From the NCBI GenBank assembly GCA_951406725.2, contig OX597815.1, forward strand, positions 162,254,001-162,318,000: a stretch of DNA of 64,000 bases, in the 5' to 3' direction. Origin of the DNA: Octopus vulgaris (lineage: Eukaryota). The notes beneath the pieces were generated by a model. It had not been told where the DNA came from. It saw only the letters and a program-made list of their open reading frames with translations, and did not search any database. The position numbers and the translations under genes are program-made. The stretch's first letter is position 1, and every line of letters begins with the position of its first letter. Below, one piece after another: positions 1-13,465 of this stretch.

Positions 1-165
1 ATGTTTTCAGGATGATATTTCAAATAAATAAAGTTTGGGGAAAATTAAGTATTTGGAATGATTTGAATAAAATAACTTTATTTGTACAACAATTTGTTGT
101 TAGAACTAGAGATGGCTCCTCTAACATTAATTTATGATGAAATATTTGCTTGTAGTAAAAGTGAA

Positions 166-388
166 CCCTTTAGCACTCAGCTCATTCTGTTAAATGTATT
201 GTTTATTTATTCACATTGTTTTGAATTAATCATGCATTGACTCATAAGCACCAGGATTTCAGTGATATGATTGTTTATTTTTAGAATGTCATTGTAGGGT
301 AGGTGTGAGAGGCTAGATCTATCTGATTTAAACAAAGAACAGTAAAAATAGTTGGGCCCAGATATGGCTTGTTTAAATTGCTGAAAGG
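166..388 (+). mobile_element. piggyBac-like MITE family A, decayed copy
   Basis: CCCTTTAGCA start, same internal sequence as the intact copy at 41142-41374. Other copies near 8680-8874(-), 21770-22040(+), 22760-22937(-), 25170-25375(-), 29281-29453(+), 33020-33211(-), 35600-35760(-). Confidence 0.8.
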
Positions 389-576
389 TTAATTACAATC
401 ACTTTTTATCTAGAACAGCTTGATAGCATGGGTCTGGTAGTGCCCCCACCCTCTCTCTCACATTTTCATTTAAATGGTTAACCTTTTGAACAAAAATATC
501 TGAAATCCATTTTGCAAGGTGTTCACATTTAATTGAAATCTTATTTTCTTATCTAACATGGGCTTTTAGATTAACA

Positions 577-1112
577 CTTGTGAAGACCTGTTGAGGCAAG
601 TGAAAATCAAAACAAATCAAAATAGATGAACATCAATGGAATTTGTATCCTTGTGGTACCAGTGCCGGTGGCACGTGGCACACAAGAAAACCATCCGAAC
701 GTGGCCGTAGCCAGTACCGCATCGACTGGCCTCCGTGCTGTGGGCACGTAACAAGCACCATCCGATCGTGGCCGTTTTGCCAGCCTCATCTGGCACCTGT
801 GTCGGTGGCACATAAAAACACCATCCGAGCGTGGCCGTCTGCCAGCCTCGTCTGGCACCTGTGTCGGTGGCACATAAAAAAACACCATCCGAGCGTGGCC
901 GTTTGCCAGCCTCGTCTGGCACCTGTGTCGGTGGCACATAAAATCACCCACTACACTCTCGGAGTGGTTGGCGTTAGGAAGGGCATCCAGCTGTAGAAAC
1001 ATTGCCAGATCTGACTGGACTGGTGCAGCTTTCGGGCTCCCCAGACCCCAGTTGAACCGTCCAACCCATGCTAGCATGGAAAGCGGACGTTAAATGATGA
1101 TGATGATGATGA
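577..1112 (+). mobile_element. Young 5'-truncated RTE-type retroposon 3' end with internal tandem repeats
   Basis: Perfect 28-bp target site duplication TTATCTAACATGGGCTTTTAGATTAACA (549-576, 1113-1140), (GAT)n tail, four ~64-bp internal units. Same 3' end recurs at ~1520-1668, 7278-7465, 31370-31490(-), 48700-48830(-). Confidence 0.88.
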
Positions 1113-2133
1113 TTATCTAACATGGGCTTTTAGATTAACATGAAAGTTATTCTAAAAATAAAAAGTTCACTATAGCAATGATGATGATAATCAATTTTGC
1201 TGTTATTATCCTAAAAAGTTTTCAGATTGTTGATTTTTTTCAAAATAGAAATATGCAGATCTTTTTGAAATTGAAAACCTTAGTGTGTGTGTAACAAGTG
1301 GCTATAGATTGTTTTCTCTAGTTTTGATTTGCCAGATACATATAAAATTTTAGTTTCACTTTTGGTAAAAGATTAACTTCAGAGTAGTTGGTTAATTTTT
1401 GAAATTGTCTTCAATTTTCAAAAAATGAGAATTTTAAATTCATTTTTACCCAAGATACCGTGAGCTATTTTTGCATGGTTAACAGATAATATAGATTTTA
1501 AAATATTTTAAACTTTTTAGTGGTTGGCATAAGGAAAGGCATTCAGCTGTAGAAACCATGCCAAAACAGACTGTAGAGTTTGACACAGTCCACCAGTTTG
1601 CCAGCTTCTGTCAAACCATCCAATCCACACCAGCATGAAAAGTGGGCATTAAATTATGTTGATGATGGTAACTTATTCACTATTTGCAATTATGTGTGTC
1701 TCTTTAAAATTATATAGTTAACTATAGCTTATGGAAGCCATCTCATACTGATAAGGCTGATGTAATTGATAATCAGCTTAAATTTCTGGACCAGGACGGT
1801 GTTCCATATGTCAAAGTTCTTGGTATAAAGGTTTGAGTGAATTGTTTAGTGTGGTGTGATACATAATAGAAATGCAAAAAGCAAGGGTGAATGAATTGAA
1901 TGGAAATAATCCAAAAGAACATGCATTGTTCTGGCATCAGCGGAAATGCACAGTTGCTAGTGTCTGAGTGCCCAGATAGCAATCTGTCATGTGACTTTTT
2001 TTATTTTTTTTATGAGAGTTTCTGAAATATTTTCATATTTGGTTGCCTAGTTGCAGACATAAGTGGTATTCTAATGTAATGACTAGGCTGTTGTAGTTTC
2101 TAGTTCTAAATGACTGTTTTAGGGGTGTTAGAG

Positions 2134-2392
2134 CAGTGTTTCTCAGCTGGGGTTTGTTTCTCAGAGCCCTAGGGTTCAGCATAAGGTTTCTAGGGATTCT
2201 GCGAAAAAGGGACATGCTTATTTCATGATCATTATATATATATATATATATATATATAATGACATTTACCATGTGAACTACGATGAAAAAATGAGGAAGA
2301 TATGGTATATGATGATTTTTTTTGTGCAGGGATTTCTTGAAATGTAATTTATTTTAAGGGTTAGGCAAGGGTAAAAAGGTTGAGAAACACTG
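2134..2392. mobile_element. hAT (Buster/Charlie-like) MITE, old
   Basis: Terminal inverted repeats CAGTGTTTCTCA...TGAGAAACACTG; TSD decayed. Confidence 0.7.
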
Positions 2393-3969
2393 ATATAGTT
2401 ACCTGATCAGAGATTCTGAGGTCAAATATTTTTAGAGGTTGTCAGGATTTTAGTTGAGTTGTTCAGGAGTAGATAAGGCATACTGTTGTATTTTTCTTGA
2501 AAGTGTACAGGCTGTTTTGGTACCAATGAATAATGAAACAGCAAAAAAATGATACATTAATACAAATTTTAAATTATTCTCTAGAAGTATTTTATTTGAC
2601 TTTTAATAAAAATGTTGATCAAATGTGTTACTTCTCTTGGGATAGATACTTTGACATTAACTATATCAGACAAAAGTTATTTGTCAAAGAAACTACTTTC
2701 CATCACAGTAAATTTCCTTTGGAAAGTAATGTTGCTTTTCTTATAAGCTTCTAAAGAATTCAAAAAAAAAAAAAAAAAGGAAAAAGCCATTACTTAAATG
2801 TTCCATTGCTTATTGAATATTCTTCTTTTGTGTTGGACACGGATTGAAGCAAAATTTTAATATAACTTAATTACATAACATTTTCCCCTTGGTTTATTTT
2901 AGTGGTTTTAGTAATGTCTGATGTCTTCAAGAAATGGCTTTTTCATCAGTCATACCTTTATGTAAATAATATAATTTGTGGTTTGTTATAAATATTATAT
3001 TGTGATCACATTTCCCATGACAATTGTTTTTAGTGACATGTTTGTGGCCTAAGTATTTAAAAAAATTTTTCTTTTTCTTATTTACTGACTTCAGTACTGA
3101 TGTCTAGACACTTAATTAAAGACTATTGTAAAGATTTTTGTCCATTGAATGTATTGTAATCAGTGGCTGTTAGTCTTTTGCAGTGTACTCTAATTGTATG
3201 AAAAGTAGTCACATCAGCTGATAAATTGACTACAAAAATGCTTTGGGAAACCTTGTTGATAGCATAATCAATGTCTAAATAATCCTCATCTCATATTAAA
3301 ACTAAATCAAATCTAAATACTTTAATACATTGAAATCTCTCATTGTTTCTCTTGCAATGTTTTATGTTGCGTCCCATCACTACTTATTTTTCTAATAGTT
3401 CTAATTTCCTTCAGTTATAGCCTTAGCCATTCTATTTCAACAATTTTACAAGCCAAAGTCCTGCTTGACCTGCTAGAGATGGCTGAATACCCACTCAGAT
3501 CTTTAAGAGTATCCACACACATTTTTAAGAAAGGTCACATTAACCCTTTTGTTACCATATTTCTGTTGAAATACACTACCATTAAGAAAAAGTAGCTGCT
3601 TAGAAAATCTCTATAAGAGATGACAGTAGTAACTATACTGAGAAGTAATGTTGATCACCACTTCAAGGAACCAACATTACCGTTTTTAACCCCAAGAGGA
3701 TGCCTCCCCAGCTGGTTATCAACGCAATTTCCACCCAGTATATATTGCAAGCAGGAAGCAAACCCCCACCATCTTCCATGCTCCTCTGCTTGCAGTATAA
3801 TATTGGGTGCAAATTGCATTGATACCAGCTAGAGGAGGCATCCTCCTGGGGCTAAAAGCAATAGTTCCTATGGAAAAACTATGTTGAAGTGGCAATAAAC
3901 ATTACTTTATACTGCTGTTGTGTCCAGTAATTTTGAAAATAATGAATTATGTAAAATAAACTGGTGTTA

Positions 3970-4160
3970 AAGGTGGTGAGCTGACCAAACCTTTAGTATA
4001 CCAAACAAAATGATTAGCTTCATTTTGTCCACCTAGGTCAATTTCTCCTTTAATCTGTTCAGGGTCAATAAAGTAAGTACCAGTTAGGTATGGAGGTTGC
4101 TGTAATTGAATAGCACCACCCTTTTTAAATTTTCAGGCCTTGTGCCTATAGTAGAAAGTT
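3970..4160 (+). mobile_element. CpG-decayed tRNA-derived SINE (family of 52140-55030)
   Basis: GGTGGTGAGCTG head and GGGTCAATAAAGTAAGTACCAG core match the intact downstream copies except for CG>TG/CA changes and a deletion. Confidence 0.7.
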
Positions 4161-4503
4161 TAGATCACTTTCTGACAAGTATGTTATGGACCCAGGGCCA
4201 GCCATCTCAGCTAAGTTGGTATCAAATGAGTTAAACAATGAAATTCTAGATACTGGAAAATACATGAGATGACCTTTGTTGGAATAATCTATGATATGTC
4301 TTCACAGTCATTGTTAACCTGAGGCTAAACAACAACATATGCATTTTGTAGTTATTATTCTTGGTTGAGCTTATTATAATTTAAATTACTCTTATTTTTG
4401 CAATAAGCAATCATTAATGTTCAACTTAAAAAAGGGTGTGTGTGCGATAAGTGCAATAAAAGTATTTGCAAATATTGAGGTTGACAAATTATCTTCTAAA
4501 TGT

Positions 4504-4535
<32 letters not shown>

Positions 4536-7277
4536 ATTGTTGGTGATTTTAGTTCATATTATATTCCCTTCCCATTACAATCTTTTGTGTGTGTGTTTTG
4601 TTTGGGTTGAGAGTTGAAGAAAGAAGTTTGATAACTTAAATGGGGAGAAAATTATTTTTGATGTAGGAAACTACAAAACTGGCTTCTTTCATTGACCATT
4701 AACAAGCCTAACATCTATTTTCCAGACCACCTGCCTTCCACATCTTATTTTCATACTACAGGTCTACAGCAGCTGTGAAAGCTAGCCCTGCTCCCTGCTG
4801 TCCTTTACCAGAAGCTTGGGAGCTGTCCAATCAGGCTGTATATATTGCTTCTAACTTGAGTGTATTTGTAGTTTTGCTAAAGGAGGTTAAAAGCAGGCTG
4901 TAAAAAGTTCTTTTGTTTCTTTTTTTCCTTTTTTTTTCATGTATGAATTGCTAAAGCTGATCCAACCAGTTTTCTCTGCTTTTATGCAGATTTCATCCTC
5001 CCTTCTTGTATTGCGGGTTGGATTTAAAAAAAATAAATTTGTATTTGTTTCTCATGACTGGGCACTTTTTCTCTCTTGCTGCCTTGATTGAGGTTTTCAG
5101 TTTTTTGAAGGCCTCTTGACTAGCTATGAAGAATATTTCACAACACTGTCCTAGAAACACTGAAATAGTAATTTAAAAACAGATTTGAAGTCTTTCAAAA
5201 TATGTATGTGCTATACTTGAATATATACGAGTTTGATTTTGTATATCAAACTCGTAGCACCATCATCATCATATGTCCATTCTCCATACAGGCATTAAAC
5301 TTCTTTTCATCTGCTTACATTTTCTCAAATAGCTCACATGATTTTTTTTTTTTTTCTTAGCCAAATAGAAACTAGTTTTTTCCATTCACATAATATGCAT
5401 TTTTTAAAAGGAAGTAAAAAATCTGAAAATCGGCTATAATAATGTAGCCTTCCAGTCTCATTGCTTTGAAGGTCTGATACCAACCCGGCTGAAACCAGCT
5501 CTGACTCTCAGTACAAATGTCTTGTTTTCATAAGTTTTGAATTAAAATCTTCCACCAAACCTTAGTCACAATTTATGTTCCTAACACTAGCCTAATGATA
5601 ACCAAGTTATTTTACTAAATTCTTTGTTATATTTAAAATAATTGAAAGAAACACAGAGCATCTCAAAATAAATACAGTAACAAAAGGGTTCAAAATTGAA
5701 AAAAAATTAGGTATTTTTAGCCAATAGAGAGACATAAATTTTCTGTCTTTAGCGGAGTGGTGTCAACTGTGAGGTTGTACCCTGTGAAATTTATAGCTTA
5801 GCGTCTGACCTGTTCATTATAGGTTTCTAAATAAACAGAAATACCTAATAAAATCAACACGTATCATCTTACTGTTTCTTTTATCTTTTCATTGGTTGTA
5901 TGTTTTTATCATTTTTTAAAAATTTGTTATATTAATATATTTGTCTGCATGTGTTTACTTTGAGTACTTCAGTATTATGTATACCTGCCATGTATTTATG
6001 TACATCATTGATATGTGTGTGCACGCGTGCGTGTGTGAAAAGGTGGCGTCTGTCTCCAAAGACACAAAGTTGAGTAATGTTTTCATGCTTAGATTTGTAA
6101 ACTATGATAAGAGTAATTCTGGTCATCAAAGAATTTGTCCCCAAGGGAAAGAATCCCTGTATCTTATGTTTTTGCATGCAGAATTCAAAAATAATGCTAA
6201 ATTATCAGTATCAACTACGGTTTCTCTGTTCCACAATATCCCTCTCAGTCCCTGTTTCAGTTAAGCTGTTGAAATGTGATCAGAGTTGCATCGATACACC
6301 AAAATTGAAAGCAATCTGAGCAAAATTAAGGGGCCTCATTTCTGAATGAGGAAGACTAGATCTGCCAAATATTATGTCTTTTACATATGCTATCTTTAGA
6401 ATTACTTAGTGACCCTACCTCCACCCTCATATCCAATCACAAGAAAATTCAAAATTTGGAAAATAATTTGGGTGATTTGTTTTTGAATTTGTTCTTTTGG
6501 GAAAGATTTTGAAGTTTTATTAACTTCAAATAAGATTTTAGAAGCTTCATTTCTCAATTTAGAACTTCAAATAATATCCTATATGCTTGGCTACATTAGC
6601 AAATGAAGACAAAGTTATTTTGACAAACTCCAGCATACTATTTATGTTCAGGATCTATATTCTGTATATTCCATTATTTCCACAGTCGAGACTCTATAAG
6701 TAGTAATTAGTTAACTTGGCTAGAATGTTGTTTATTTTTATTAGCACTGGAAATGGTATTTTTGCATTATAACAGATCTAGTTGTCTTGATATTCAGGAA
6801 TCTCTTAAAAAAAAAAAAATTGAGTATAAGTAGACATGAGCTACTTCCTGAATTATGTAATATTTACCATATGTGGTGTGAAATGGAGGTGGGTAGTGAT
6901 GCAATAGTTGGCAAAGTTTGAGGCCTGATATTTTTCCCTCTCTGTGTTAAATAATATGGTTAAAATGAAAAATACAGAATATAGTCCTTGCTCATAAATG
7001 AATTTAAATGTTGCAAAATTTTGGACATATTTAAAACTGCCTGTATCATTGATTCATGGTTAGATACTGTCTTTATTTAAGGAATTGATCATATAGTAAT
7101 AATTATACCAAAAGAAGAAAAAAAATGTAAATTTTACAATATCAGTTTAGCCATGGGGAAAATTGTTTTGCTTCACGGACATAGATATATAAACTTCTGA
7201 ATTTGTCAGTGTAATTCCAAGAGTTGGGATTGCATAATCCTCTGGCTAAGATTTTTACAAAACATTCATGTATTGAA

Positions 7278-7465
7278 ATGCCGGTGGCACGTAAAAAGCA
7301 CCCACTACACTCTCGGAGTGGTTGGTGTTAGGAAGGGCATCCAGCTATAGAAACTCTGCCAAATCAAGATTGGAGACTGGTGCAACCATCTGGTTCGTCA
7401 GCCCTCAGTCAAAATCGTCCAACCCATGCTAGCATGGAAAGCAGACGTTAAACGATGATGATGAT
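7278..7465 (+). mobile_element. RTE-tail retroposon copy
   Basis: TGCCGGTGGCACGTAAAAAGCACCCACTACACTCTCGGAGTGG...CCAACCCATGCTAGCATGGAAAGCAGACGTTAAAC(GAT)n, near-identical to 930-1112. Confidence 0.85.
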
Positions 7466-10400
7466 TGAAGTATGAGAACCCTGTCCATTTATCTCAACGA
7501 GAGAACTGAATACTTCCCTTCTTTGGCAGCTTTTTATGTCCATGTCATCATGCTGGCATGGGTTTGACAGTTTTTATTTTATTTTTTTTTAGATGACTGA
7601 GTACTTTGTCATCAACCATTTTAGTCACCTCTTAAAAACATAAGAACATTGTGTATTTCTTTAAAATCAGAGATTAATATAGTAAAACTCAATCCATTTT
7701 TAGAGGAACAGTTTTATTAGAGGTTCAATATCATGCATAGACTAGTATTTTCATTCTGGTTTGGAAGAAACTGTTTAGTTATTGTGAGAAATTGGATTTT
7801 CCAATACCCATATTTGTGTGTAATGGCAGTTACAAGTACAAGAGACCCCTTGCTGACTATTGAACCACACACCAATTGTTTGCCAGGCAACCATGCTATT
7901 GATTAATGAGTGGGTCTCATAAACATTAACTGTCAAATTACTACTTATAATCATTTAGCAGGATACCTGAGTAATCACTAGATATTAAAAAGAACAATAC
8001 AAAAGTTTTAACTCCTCATGCATATATTATTTTTATTTCTATATATTACTTTTACTAATGGTTAAATGACTAAACCCATTTGACGTGTTCTAGATTTTAG
8101 TTAAAATTTTCTTTTTTTTCTCCAATAAGCTTCCTTTAGTTGTTTAAAATTTTTAGCTAAATTTTGCTTTGGACTGAGACTTAGAAATTAAGACTCAGCC
8201 ATATACTTGTAATATGCATGGATATATTGTAAAAAGAATTAGCTGCAGTGCCCTTAAAAGCTGCAAAAAATAATAAGAAAAATTCTGTTCTACCAAGGAT
8301 CATCAATTGTTTCTTCTACTTTTAACAGCTTTATCCGATTATTCAGTGTTTACTTATTTTATTATATTACGTAAGTGGCAGAGTTGAGGCAGGTAGCTTA
8401 GTGGTTAGGGTGTTTGACTCGTGACTAAGATTGTGGTTTCAGTCTTGAACTGGACGATGCATTGGTGTTCTTGAGCAGTATGTTTCATTTCATGTTGCTC
8501 CAGTCCGCTTAACAGCATCTCGTCCAGGAAGGAATATATATGCCAGAGAAACAGCCTTATTCTCCTTACAGAGTTATGTAGACTTATGTAACTGAGTATT
8601 TCACATTCATATTCTCATAACATAATCCTTGGCCTGATTTAGTATGACATTGTGCAACAAAGCTGGCTTTATAAATTAACTCTTAAGCATTTAAATTGGC
8701 TGTATCTAACCCTGATATTTTAGTCATTTTATGCTCAAACCAGCCGAATCTGGCCCCTCCAGTCTGCTCTACAATGTCATTCTAAAATAAACAATTACAC
8801 CATTGAAATCTCAAAGCTATGAGAAAATGTGAATAAGTAAGCATTGCATTTGACAGAATTTGTATGCTAAAGGGTTAAAGTTAGAGCTCATCTGACTGGC
8901 TTTCTCTCACACTTATATGTTTGAGGTTATAGTAAAAGACAGTTGCACATGATAACTGTACATTGAGATAAAACCCAGAATCTCTTATGTAGTGAACTTA
9001 AAACTTTGTCATGCCAAGCTTGTTAGGATTATAGTATACCATAGCATTTGTTTCGCTGTAATTTTGCACTGGGAACCAGCTCTCATAATAAATGGAACCA
9101 ATTTTTTTAATTTGGACACTCTTAAGAAACTCATCAGAATTAGAAACCTGTTCTAATATATTGTGGGTATATGGCTTCACAAGCCAATAATGATCTGCAT
9201 AGGAGCTTCTATGTGGTTTGCTTGATCTGCTAGAAATAGAAATTTCCTTCCCTCGAGGTAACTTTCGATGTCTTTTTTATAAAAATAAGAAGCATTTATT
9301 AGAATGTCATCTTAGATATACTGTCTGGATTAAAGATGGGATGGCTACATCTTAAATTCTTTTGATCATAGGTCTGCTATTTCAAGAATAACTTTCAGAA
9401 CAGCATTATATTTCAAATAAATATAAGCTGATGTGGGAGCTTTATGATTGTTTGACCTACTAGAAGTAGTAGCGAAATATCTTTCAGATTGTATTCCACT
9501 GTGAAAAAGGACACAGATTATAATGCATTCTTGGAGACATTATAAAGACTAAATGATCGAGGCTGGAATGCTTGCATTGAAGATTTGCACAATCAAGAAC
9601 AGCTTAAGAGTCAAATAGTATGAAAATATGTTATAGTTGATATTTAATATATGTCATAAGTACTTTATTCTACCAGATGTAATATGGAGTTATTTTACAA
9701 CGCGTGTCCTATAATAAAAGCTTCTTGATGTTAAAATAAAATTATCAAATTACCCCATATATTTTATTGGCTGTTGTATTTTTCCACTACTTTGTGTGTG
9801 TGTAATTAAGAGCTTTGTAATCACTTTCATTGAGATGAAATATGCCTATTTAAAATGGAACTTGCCATAAATATTAAGGACTTTCTATCTTCAGTCTGCA
9901 AGTTCGACTTCTCATAGCCATATATAAACTCTTTCTCCTGTTGTTTTGTGTTTTGATTCTGGAATTTTTTCTTAAACTTTTAAAAGGTGTACAGTGCTTT
10001 CTATCTATACATTTCCCAATCGTAGGAAATGCATTTTGCCCTGTGTAAAATGGGATTTGGATGAAATTTGCTGATATGATAAATTGATCATTGGGGTGCA
10101 TTGTGAATATAGTTTTTACTTGTTGCCATATCACTGTTACTTATACAGGCAGGCCGAACATAAAGTTGCTACTGCTTAAGTGTTTTCACATATATTTACA
10201 AAATAGCAATTCAATTCCTGGGCATTTGTTTCCTGTTTTAAAGCTGAATTTGTGTTTCATTTGTTTCTTTAACTACTAGCATTGAGAAAAACATTCCAAG
10301 ACATTCTTTCCTCATTACCATTGATATAGTATCCTTGTCTCATTGCCTATCATTCTTCAGAAAAAAATTTGAGGAAACTAAACAGGCTTTGCTTCTAAGT

Positions 10401-11085
10401 TTAATGGTTTTGTAGGACCTACATCACTAATGGAAACATCAATGCAATCGATGATCAACTATGTAGTAATTCCATTCCTGTTCAGAATCAATAAATCTTA
10501 ACATCACTTACATTGCTGGCATGTACAGATGACATTGAAATATCACTCTGATTATTTTCTCCAAGTCCAAGCTCTCTTTTTCTAATTAAATCATTAATAA
10601 ATAACATTGCCAATTTCTAACCATGTTCAAAAATTGAAGGGAGGGAAAGATCCAAAGAAATTTGCTTAATAAACTGCAACTTACAATCAAGAACTGAATG
10701 GCAATTCTCTTTCACTTGACTCTTCAAACAAAACTATAAAAAATAATAAAAAGTTGAATCGGACAATGAACTCACTATTATTGGCATGGCTTTAGGTTTT
10801 GACAATTGAGCTGCCTTCTCAATAAATTAGTGGCTGAGTATTCTATAGTCATCATTTGACAAAGACAGCCATTGAATTTTAGGTACAATCCATCCGATGG
10901 GCTCCCATAGAGTTTCACTCATAAGGCTTGGCTAGACTTGTGGATATGGTAGCAAACACCTAAGATGTTATACAGATTGCAATGTTGGACATTATGACAG
11001 TAAAGCAAACTTATTGAATGGAACATGTAATTGTTAACCCTATATCTAAATTATCAGCATGCAGAACTGTTTTTTTTTAAAATTA

Positions 11086-11116
<31 letters not shown>

Positions 11117-11735
11117 TATCAATTGTGCAACAAATTGCCAGATATTGCTAACATGCTATGGTATTTAATGTAATGAATTCTTGGAGCCTGTCCAAGCTTT
11201 CAGTTTTGATGTTTTCTTTCCACAAAAAGCATAGTATTTGAAACACCAATACTTATTAACAACGGGCATTGTAGGGTTAATAGTTCTGTTTGCTAGTGTT
11301 GCTTAGTGTAGTTATTACTCTATGTATGTTTTGTTTGTTCTTTTTTTTTTTTTTTTTGCTTCGTTTAGGCATCTGTGTTGAGTGAATTTAGCACAGTTGC
11401 TGTTAAGTTGTATATTGGAAATTATTTTTTCCTATAATGGCATTGCAATTATTACCATCACATTTTCCTGGGTGTAATATACCTTGGGTCAGTGCTCTTG
11501 ACCATCATGTTATCCAGTATGTTCTTTTCCCCCCTTTGAGAATAAGGTGATTTAAAGGAGTTGGTTCCTGTTTTAGGCAGGCTGAATGACCATGTCATGG
11601 CTACATTTGTTTTTTTGTCAATGCAAGTAGACATCAATCTATTTTTATTGTGTAAACTGAAAGATGCCACACATAAGGCTGGCAAAGATTTGTAATCTTT
11701 TGGAATAATCAGCACATATTTTGTAGTTTATTTGG

Positions 11736-12423
11736 TATTGTTGTATTTGGGGATGGTCATGTTGCCAGTTTAACCAATGAAAACGCATGCACTATATATT
11801 TGGTGTTCACTTGCTTCAGCTTTATTTTAATTGTATTTCGACCAAAGTTCTTTCATCACATGTCTGTGACCTCATCAGTGGTCCTTTGCTTTCTTTCTTT
11901 CTTTTTTTGTGTCTCTATTTACTAATGATCTGCCATTTTGTATTTTTGTTGTCTTTTATACATCCCTGTGTGGTGCCTGCATTATCAGTATCCCCTGTTT
12001 ATACATGTTTGTTTAATTTACTTTTATTTATTCATTTGTTTATATCTTTTTCATTTCTTTTTTTTGGGGGGGGATATAAATTAAATTGATACCAAAGAAA
12101 AAGAAAGAAATGAAAAAGCAGATATAAACATGAATAAATAATGATTAAACAAACGTGTATAAACCGGGGATACTGATTATGCAGGCACCATACACACTTA
12201 CTAAACATATACACACACAGAGATATAGGCATGCGCAAATAAAGACAAACAAAAAAAAAAGAAGAAAGCAAAGGACCACTGAGGTCACAGAAGTGTGACA
12301 AAATAATCCTGGCCAAAATACAATTAATATAAAATAATGCTGAAACAAATGAATACCAAATATATAGTGCATGTGTTTTTATTGGCTAAATTGGCAACAT
12401 GATCATCCCCAAATACTACAATA
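11736..12423. mobile_element. Inverted pair of Penelope-like terminal repeats
   Basis: 11736-~12062 and ~12093-12423 are diverged reverse complements ~30 nt apart. Each holds a hammerhead-type motif, the known hallmark of Penelope-like pLTRs. Confidence 0.7.
11840..11883 (-). ncRNA. Minimal type I hammerhead ribozyme
   Basis: Minus strand GACCA-CUGAUGA-G-GUCACA(GACA)UGUGAU-GAAA-G-AA-C-UU^UGGUC: 5-bp stem I, 6-bp stem II, 2-bp stem III, intact core boxes. Confidence 0.72.
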
Positions 12424-13241
12424 TTTATTTCAACACATGAATTCACATCAAGAATCTTGTAAAATGAATATATAAACGTAATTTATTTAGTATTGTATAA
12501 GAACTCAGCATTTTAACTCATTTCAATCATTGAATTGTGGTTATACTGGGCCACTCGTAAATTAAAGGCTTTAATTTTTCAAATAAATCAAGGTGCTTAT
12601 TCTTAGTCTATTTAATTCTATAATTCTCATTTGGCCAAACCACTAAGTTACTGAGGGCACAAACACTACTTGTTAAATAGCAAGAGAAATAAAATGTCAC
12701 ACGTGCACACACTCATACATGTGATGGGCTTCCACACTTAGTTCATTCTACCAAATTCATTCAGAAGACATTGGTCAGCCTCAGTCTAAGATACTTGTCC
12801 GAAGTGCTGAACTGTTGGAGACAGAACTTGGGACTATGTGGTTATGGAGCAAAACTGCTTAGCTATACCTAGATTGTGAGATTTAATACCTAGATTCAAC
12901 CGTTAGATCCAAATGTACATGCATATCACCAGCAGATTTCGGTGATTGCAAATGCACTCTATCCATCTAGATTTAGACAGCTCGAGATATTTTGGCTAAC
13001 AAAGTATAATGTTAACGGCCAGAAGGTTTGAGCTATGCTCTTAGTCTTTAAATTGAGATATCCACACACTGGTTGAAAAGCTATGTTCCCATCCATAAAA
13101 TACAGCAAGTTTACACTTTGTGGCTTTTGTAAGTCTTAATCAACAACTTACGTTACATCAAATGAAAGATTAATTTTGCCAAGTAGCTCTATCTTTTGCA
13201 AATAGCAGTCAGAGCTCTCAAATTACACATAACCAATTTAA

Positions 13242-13465
13242 TCCTATTGTTAACATATTTCTGTTGATATATGCAGCTTTGTTTCAGTTAATTTTGAAAC
13301 TAAAGAATAAAAAAAAAATTCAAAATAACTATCACATTTAAGCTGGTGTTTTAAGCAAAAATTAATGTGAAAATTTGATGCAAGTTTTTAACTCAGATCG
13401 CTTTAAAGCAGGAAGTTTATGCTATAGAAACAGTCGTGGTCTTATGTATGTTTGTATCAAAAGGG
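13242..13465 (+). mobile_element. piggyBac-like MITE family B
   Basis: TTAA-flanked, ends GTATCAAAAGGG-TTAA. Relatives at ~3544, 5478-5688(-), 14420-14540, 32700-32820. Confidence 0.65.

Noticed and set aside
607-1077. Three overlapping 106-156 aa ORFs and a CRISPR-like periodicity
   Set aside because: They arise from GC-rich tandem units inside a retroposon; no unique spacers, no cas genes, eukaryotic context.
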